From positions 320,001 through 384,000 of the forward strand of contig CAWEYL010000001.1 in assembly GCA_963813335.1 (NCBI GenBank): 64,000 nt of DNA. The letters are read 5' to 3'. The translations under genes were made by a program, and so were the position numbers. Source of the stretch: an uncultured Chloroflexia bacterium. GTDB lineage: Bacteria > Chloroflexota > Limnocylindria > Limnocylindrales > CSP1-4. The notes under the pieces were generated by a model, which was not told where the DNA came from, did not search any database, and saw nothing but the letters and a program-made list of their open reading frames with translations. Positions 57,942 to 64,000 of the stretch are shown here, one piece after another (position 1 is the first letter of the stretch; each line of letters begins with the position of its first letter).

Positions 57942-60821
57942 ATGACCGAGCTGAAGCCGAACGTCAGCCCGCTCCTCGTCGGTCGTGACGACGTGCTCGA
58001 GTTGATCGAGCGGCGATCGGCCGAGGCGGCCGCCGGCCGGGGCCAGTTCCTTCTCCTCGCGGGTGAGGCCGGGATCGGCAAGTCTCGCCTCGTCGCGGCG
58101 CTCCGGACCGCCGCCCTCGCTCGCGGGTCCCGGGTCATGCAGGCGGACATCGCTCCCCAGGACCGTGACCTGCCGGCTGCGCTGTTCCTCGACCTGGCGC
58201 GCACGGCCGCGGGAACCCCGCCGTTCGAGACCCTGGGTGCTGATCTTCTGGCGCTCCGCGAGGCCGCGGGGGCCGCCGAGCATGCCCGCCGCCGCATGCT
58301 GGTCGGAGACGCGGTGGAGTGCATCCGGCGCGCCGTGGAGGCGCCGACGGTGATCGTGTTCGAGGACCTCCAGTGGTCCGACGAGCTGAGCCTGGAGATC
58401 ATCGCCGAGCTGGCCCGGACCACCCGCGACCGGCCGCTGCTGCTCGTCGCGACCTACCGCTCCGATGAGGCGGCGCCCGGAACCTCGTTGCGCGATTGGC
58501 GGTCGCGGCTGGTCACCCAGCGCATCGCCGAGGAGATCCGGCTGGCGCCGCTCGACCAGGCGCAGACCGCCCTGGTCACGACGCTCATCCTCGACACCGG
58601 CCTGCCCGCGCCGCGCGAGGTCGTCGCCGCCGTCTACGACCGCACCGACGGGATCCCGCTGCATATCGAGGAGCTGCTCGGCGCCATGAGCGCCCAGGCG
58701 CGCGCGGACGGCCGGGCGATCCGCGAGGCCACCGTCCCCGAGACGATCGAGGACGCCGTGCTGGAGCGGCTCGGTCGGACGTCGCCGGAGGCGCAGGCGC
58801 TGGCCCAGGCGGGCGCGGTCGTCGGCCGCTGCTTCGTGCCCGACGTGCTCGCCGGCGTCATGGACGTCCACCCCGAATCGCTCGACGAGCCGATGCAGGA
58901 GCTGATCGACCACGGCGTCCTCGTGGCCGCCGGCCCGCAGGGTCTCGTCGATTTCCGACACCAGCTGCTGCGCGACGCGATCTATCGGAGCGTCCCGCTC
59001 CGCGACCGGCGCCGCTTCCATGCCCGGGCCGGCGAGTTCGGCGCGCAGCTGGAGGGCCAGTCGGAGATCCACTCGTCCCTGCATTTCGAGCGCGCCGGGC
59101 TCAGGAACCGAGCGTATGAGACGGCCCTCTCCGGAGCGCGGGACGCGTCGCGGCTGTCGGCCCATCGCGAGGCGTTCGAGCTGTACCGCCGAGCGGTCGA
59201 CAACATCCCCGACGACCTGCCGCCAGCACTCGAGGCGGCCCTGCTGGTGGCCTTCGCGGACGAGGGCTGGGCGATCGAGGAGAACGAGCGGGCGCAGGCG
59301 GCGTACGCACGCGCCGAGGCGGCGTATCGGGCCGCCGGTGATCCGCTCGGCGAACTCAGCGCGCTGCTGCTTCGGTCCGCCAATGGCCGCCGCACCGGGA
59401 CGCCGGCGTCGGAGCGGCTCGACGTCGCGGCGCGGATCCACGCGCGTCTGGATGCCCTGCCCGCCGGGCGGGACGTCGACGAGGTCCGCGCCGATGTCCT
59501 GGCCACGGCCGGCCAGGCCCACGTCGACATCCGCGACCTGTCAGCCGCGCGGTCGGACTTCGACCGTCTCCGACGATTGGGCCAGACCCTCGACGATCCC
59601 GAGTGGGTGACGTTCGCGGAGTGGCATCTGGCCCGCATCGCCGTGATCGAGGGCGACGTCCAGCCCTCACTCGAGCGCATCGGCCAGCTGGCCGGCGCCG
59701 CCGAGCGGGCGGGCCAGGAGGGAACGGCCGTGTCCGCCTATCGAGACGCGGCGACCCTCGCAGCCATCGCGATGGACTACGGCGCGGCCTCGCGGAACAT
59801 CGATGCCGGGGTTCGCTACGCGGATTCGATCGAGCAGTCCTACTGCGCTCACGTGATGGCGGCCACATCCGCGATCGTGTCATGGGCCGGGGCGGACTGG
59901 GCCGATGCCACGACCCGGGCACGCCAGGCGATGGCTGACCACGGCAGTGCGAGGGGGCACGAGACCGCTCGCATGGCGCTCGCGTCGGTCGAGCTCGGGC
60001 GCGGTGAGCTGGCGTCGGCTGAGGCGGGCTTCGCCACCGTGCTCCGGTTCGGCCAGGTCAGCGAGTCGATCGACTTCGTCCTGCCGCCGATGTGGGGCCT
60101 CGCCGAGGTCGCGCTCCAGGCGGGAGAACCCGAGCGTGCCGCTGCGATCTGTCGCGAGGCCTTGGAGCGCGCCGTCCAGCTCGGTGAGCGCCTGATGCTG
60201 ATCCCACTCGTGGTGCCCGGCGTGCGAGCCGTCCAGGCGGCGGGCCGGCCGAGCGATGCCGAAACGTGGCTTGAGGCCTGTTCGGCGCACCTGGCCCCCG
60301 TCGCGGGGATCGCCGGGCCAGCCCTTGCCCACGGCCGTGGGCTGGTCTTGCTCGCGAACGGCGCCACCGGGGTCGCTCGGACCGAGCTCGAGGCGGCGGT
60401 CCGCGGCTGGGACGATCGCGGTCGCGTCTGGGAGGCGACCTGGGCGCGGCTTGACCTCGCACAGTGCCTCATCCGCTCGAACCGGTTCGCCGAGGCGCTC
60501 GCGCTCGCCGTGGACGCGCGAGGGACCGCCTCCGGCCTCGATTCGCCTCCGCTGGCGGCGCGCGCCGACAGCCTCCAGCGGATGGCCCGCGGCCACGTCG
60601 TGGACGAGGAGCCGTGGCGCCCGCTCACGGCCCGCGAGTACGCCGTGGCGCGGCTCATCGCCGAAGGACATACGAACGCCGAGATCGCCGACGTGCTCGG
60701 CATCGCGCCGAAGACCGCCAGCAGTCACGTCGAGCACATCCTGGCCAAGCTGGGGGCGTCGCGCCGCGCCGAGATCGCGTCGTGGGCGAGCCACGTCGAG
60801 CGGAGCGTCCTGGTCAACTGA
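57942..60821 (+). CDS. MalT/LAL-type large ATP-binding LuxR regulator
   Basis: LVGRD, GEAGIGKS Walker A, IVFEDLQWSD Walker B, TDGIPL, helical repeat region, C-terminal LTARE..GHTNAEIA..TASSHVEHILAKLG. Confidence 0.94.
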   Translation: MTELKPNVSPLLVGRDDVLELIERRSAEAAAGRGQFLLLAGEAGIGKSRLVAALRTAALARGSRVMQADIAPQDRDLPAALFLDLARTAAGTPPFETLGADLLALREAAGAAEHARRRMLVGDAVECIRRAVEAPTVIVFEDLQWSDELSLEIIAELARTTRDRPLLLVATYRSDEAAPGTSLRDWRSRLVTQRIAEEIRLAPLDQAQTALVTTLILDTGLPAPREVVAAVYDRTDGIPLHIEELLGAMSAQARADGRAIREATVPETIEDAVLERLGRTSPEAQALAQAGAVVGRCFVPDVLAGVMDVHPESLDEPMQELIDHGVLVAAGPQGLVDFRHQLLRDAIYRSVPLRDRRRFHARAGEFGAQLEGQSEIHSSLHFERAGLRNRAYETALSGARDASRLSAHREAFELYRRAVDNIPDDLPPALEAALLVAFADEGWAIEENERAQAAYARAEAAYRAAGDPLGELSALLLRSANGRRTGTPASERLDVAARIHARLDALPAGRDVDEVRADVLATAGQAHVDIRDLSAARSDFDRLRRLGQTLDDPEWVTFAEWHLARIAVIEGDVQPSLERIGQLAGAAERAGQEGTAVSAYRDAATLAAIAMDYGAASRNIDAGVRYADSIEQSYCAHVMAATSAIVSWAGADWADATTRARQAMADHGSARGHETARMALASVELGRGELASAEAGFATVLRFGQVSESIDFVLPPMWGLAEVALQAGEPERAAAICREALERAVQLGERLMLIPLVVPGVRAVQAAGRPSDAETWLEACSAHLAPVAGIAGPALAHGRGLVLLANGATGVARTELEAAVRGWDDRGRVWEATWARLDLAQCLIRSNRFAEALALAVDARGTASGLDSPPLAARADSLQRMARGHVVDEEPWRPLTAREYAVARLIAEGHTNAEIADVLGIAPKTASSHVEHILAKLGASRRAEIASWASHVERSVLVN

Positions 60822-61004
60822 CCGGCCGGCGGGTCAGCGCACCTCCGCCCGGTCGCGGTTCGCACCAGCCCGGCACCCGCGACCGTCCCGCAACCATGGG
60901 ACCCCGGGCAGCGACGGTACAATCCGGACGCACACGACCGACCCACCTCACGGGCGCCGCCCCGCACGACCGCGGGCCCGTCACCCCGATCCCGGAGGCA
61001 ACCG

Positions 61005-63795
61005 ATGGCTACCGCGACCCCAGCCGCCGACCGCCCGCATCGCGCGGCGAAGCGCTACATCTACGCCTGGGGCGATGGCCGCGCGGAGGGCAATGCCCAG
61101 ATGCGCGACCTGCTGGGCGGCAAGGGCGCCGGGCTCGCGGAGATGACCATCGCCGGGCTCCCGACCCCGCCCGGGTTCACGATCACGACCGAGGCCTGCA
61201 ACGACTACTTCGCCGCCGGCGAGCGGCTGCCCGACGGGCTGTGGGACGACGTCCTCGATGCCGTCCGCGAGGTCGAGAAGAGCACCGGCAAGGGGTTCGG
61301 CGATGTCGCCAACCCGCTCCTCGTGAGTGTCCGCTCCGGCGCCAAGTTCTCGATGCCCGGGATGATGGACACGGTCCTCAACCTCGGCCTGAACGAGGCG
61401 ACGCTGCACGGGCTGATCGCGCTGACCGGCAACGAGCGGTTCGGCTGGGACGCCTACCGGCGCTTCATCCAGATGTTCGGCCGGATCGTGCTGGAGGTCT
61501 CCGGCGAGCGCTTCGACCACGCCCTGGACACGGCCAAGACGGCGCACGGCGCGAAGCAGGACACCGACCTGGACGCGGCCGCGCTGCAGGCCCTCGTCGG
61601 CGAGTTCAAGGCGATCGTCAAGGCCGACACCGGCCGCGACTTCCCCGAGGACCCGGACGAGCAGCTGGACCTCGCGATCAAGGCGGTCTTCGCCTCGTGG
61701 TTCGGCAAGCGCGCCCGCGACTACCGCAAGAACCAGGGGATCGCCGACGACCTCGGGACCGCGGTCAACGTCGTGACGATGGTCTTCGGCAACATGGGCG
61801 ACGACTCGGGCACCGGCGTCGCCTTCACCCGCGACCCCAACACCGGGGAGAAGGTCCTCTACGGCGAGTACCTGACCAACGCCCAGGGCGAGGACGTCGT
61901 CGCCGGCATCCGGACCGCGCCGAAGATCGCCCAGATGTCGACCGACATGCCCGCGGTCTATACCGAGTTCCAGCGCATCGGCGAGCAGCTCGAGAAGCAC
62001 TACCGCGACGTCCAGGACCTCGAGTTCACCATCGAGCGCGGCCGGCTGTACATGCTCCAGACCCGCTCGGCCAAGCGGACCGCCGCCGCCGCGGTGCGGA
62101 TCGCGGTCGACATGGTCGACGAGGGCACCATCACCAAGGAAGAGGCGATCGCCCGGATCGAGCCCGCGCACGTCGACCAGCTCCTGCGCGACCAGTTCGA
62201 CCCCGCCGGCCTGGCGGCGGCGACCCGCGTCGCCAAGGGCCTGAACGCGTCCCCCGGTGCGGCCGTCGGCCGCGCTGTCTTCAGCGCCGACACGGCGGTC
62301 GAGTGGGTCGGCCGCGGCGAGCAGGTCGTGCTCGTCCGCATCGAGACCTCGCCCGACGACTTCCACGGCATGGCCGTGGCGCAGGGGATCCTCACCGCCC
62401 GCGGCGGCGCGACCTCGCACGCGGCGGTCGTCGCCCGCCAGATCGGCAAGCCGTGCGTCGCCGGTTGCGCCGAGCTCGTCGTCGACTACGGCTCGAAGAC
62501 CGCGCGGAGCACCGATTCCGGCGCCGCGTTCAGCGAAGGCGACTGGATCAGCGTCGACGGCGCGACCGGCCAGGTCTACCTGGGCGCGCTCCCGACCGTC
62601 TCCGCGCGGTTCGAGGACCAGCCCGACCTCCAGCGCGTCCTCGGCTGGGCCGACGGCATCCGCCGGATGGGCGTCTGGACCAACGCGGACAAGCCCGAGG
62701 AGGCCGCCCAGGCGCGCAGCTACGGCGCCGAGGGGATCGGCCTCTGCCGGACGGAGCACATGTTCCGCGAGGGCGAGCGGCTCGAGATCGTGCGCGACGC
62801 GATCCTGGTCGCCAACGTCGCCACCCGGGCCAAGGCCAAGGCTGCGTCCGGCGAGCCGCTCGACGAGGACGAGGCCGCCGCCGTCACCCGGTTCGACGCG
62901 GCGATGGCCAAGCTCGAGGTCCTCCAGCAGGGCGACTTCGAGGGCATCTTCAAGGCGATGGACGGGCTGCCCGTGGTGGTCCGCCTGATCGACCCGCCGC
63001 TGCACGAGTTCCTCCCGAACCTCGAGGAGCAGCTGGTCAAGGTCACCCGGGCGGAGATGACGGGCGGCGCATCCGAGGAGGACAAGGAACTGCTCGCGAC
63101 CATCAAGTCGCTGCATGAGCAGAACCCGATGCTCGGCCTCCGTGGCTGCCGCCTGGGCCTGATGATCCCGGACTTCGTGAAGATCCAGACCCGGGCCATC
63201 CTGAACGCCCAGATCGCGGTCGAAGCGGGCCGGCGGCCACCCGATCGCCAAGATCATGATCCCGCTCGTCGGGCACGTGAACGAGCTGGCCGCCACGCGG
63301 GCGCTGCTCGAGGCCGAGGCCCGCGCGGTGCAGGCCAAGGCCGGTGAGGCCGGCGCCGGGGTCGACTACAAGTTCGGCACGATGATCGAGGTGCCGCGCG
63401 GCGCCCTGACCGCCGACGAGATCGCGAAGGAGGCCGACTTCTTCAGCTTCGGCACCAACGACCTGACCCAGATGACGTTCGGCTACAGCCGCGACGACGC
63501 CGAGGGCGGCTTCCTCCTGAAGTACGTGGAGGAGGGCATCCTCCCGGTCAACCCGTTCCAGACCCTCGACGACGCGGTCGCGGGGCTCATGAAGACGGCC
63601 GTCGACAAGGGCCGCTCCACGAAGCCCGGGCTCGAGCTCGGGATCTGCGGCGAGCACGGCGGCGACCCCGCCTCGATCGCCAAGTGCGAGCGGATCGGGC
63701 TCGACTACGTCTCGTGCTCACCGTTCCGCGTCCCGGTCGCGCGGCTGGCCGCGGCGCAGGCAGCGCTGACCAGCGCGGCCGAACGCGACAAGTAG
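61005..63795 (+). CDS. ppdK: Pyruvate, phosphate dikinase, frameshifted near 63221
   Basis: [46 protein letters not shown]; the C-terminus ([24 protein letters not shown]) is in the +1 frame. Confidence 0.96.
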
Positions 63796-63799
63796 GCCC

Positions 63800-64000
63800 G
63801 TGGCGCCGGACGCGCCGACCGCGCCGGACACGCCGACCGCGGAGGCGGTCGTCTCGGACGCGCCCGCCCGGCTGCCGCACCGGGTGGTGGTGGTCGGCGG
63901 CGGCTTCGCGGGGCTCTACGCCGCGCGGAGCCTGGGCATCGACCCCGAAGTCCGCGTGACCCTCGTCGACCGCCGCAACTTCCACCTGTTCCAGCCGATG
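63800..64000 (+). CDS. ndh: Type II NADH dehydrogenase (NAD(P)/FAD oxidoreductase), 5' partial
   Basis: HRVVVVGGGFAGL...VTLVDRRNFHLFQP; runs off the window end. Confidence 0.88.
   Translation, partial: MAPDAPTAPDTPTAEAVVSDAPARLPHRVVVVGGGFAGLYAARSLGIDPEVRVTLVDRRNFHLFQPM

Noticed and set aside
56952-59522. 856-aa minus-strand ORF as a multidomain reductase
   Set aside because: Only the last 273 codons are FNR; the rest is antisense to the LuxR regulator.
63215-63260. Programmed frameshift or split ppdK
   Set aside because: There is no slippery site, and it shows the same single-base insertion pattern as five other genes.
63803-63838. 18-bp tandem duplication at the ndh 5' end
   Set aside because: It is an in-frame APD(A/T)PT low-complexity leader with only two copies; nothing suggests a function.

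Overview
High-GC bacterial chromosome segment. Gene content and protein sequences suggest Chloroflexota, possibly Limnocylindria-like; this is an inference. 1-14.5 kb holds the S10(3' part)-spc-alpha ribosomal cluster through truA-rplM-rpsI. 14.8-36.7 kb is a long housekeeping run: argF, TPR, cdaA-cdaR-glmM-glmS, acpS, nnrD, alr, an uncharacterised three-gene GlmL/MutL-like module, tsaE-tsaB-rimI-tsaD-rsmA-ispE-ridA-glmU, a CNNM/hemolysin protein and a methyltransferase. 37-49 kb is mixed: prenyl synthase, recO, PPOX, dipeptidase, a minus-strand DUF1326-DUF2182-TetR-SnoaL-like-2x alpha/beta hydrolase-GT-B cluster, glyQS and DUF3500. 49.5-61 kb is a redox/stress cluster: azoR, nfnAB/sudAB-like, USP, P-type ATPase, FNR and a MalT/LAL-type LuxR regulator. 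ppdK and the start of an NDH-2 gene end the window. I found no rRNA, tRNA, CRISPR or transposase. Six genes carry a single +1 frameshift, most likely read/assembly errors. Most interesting signals: (i) an orphan GlmL-like ATPase module with no B12 mutase; (ii) a Ser/Cys paralogous hydrolase pair coupled to a GT-B protein; (iii) a recurring GGTC-N4-GACCGATG operator-like motif near the LuxR gene and azoR; (iv) a 66-bp direct repeat bracketing the USP+ATPase cassette; (v) two inverted ERIC-like ~120-bp elements; (vi) a REP/BIME-like palindrome array.
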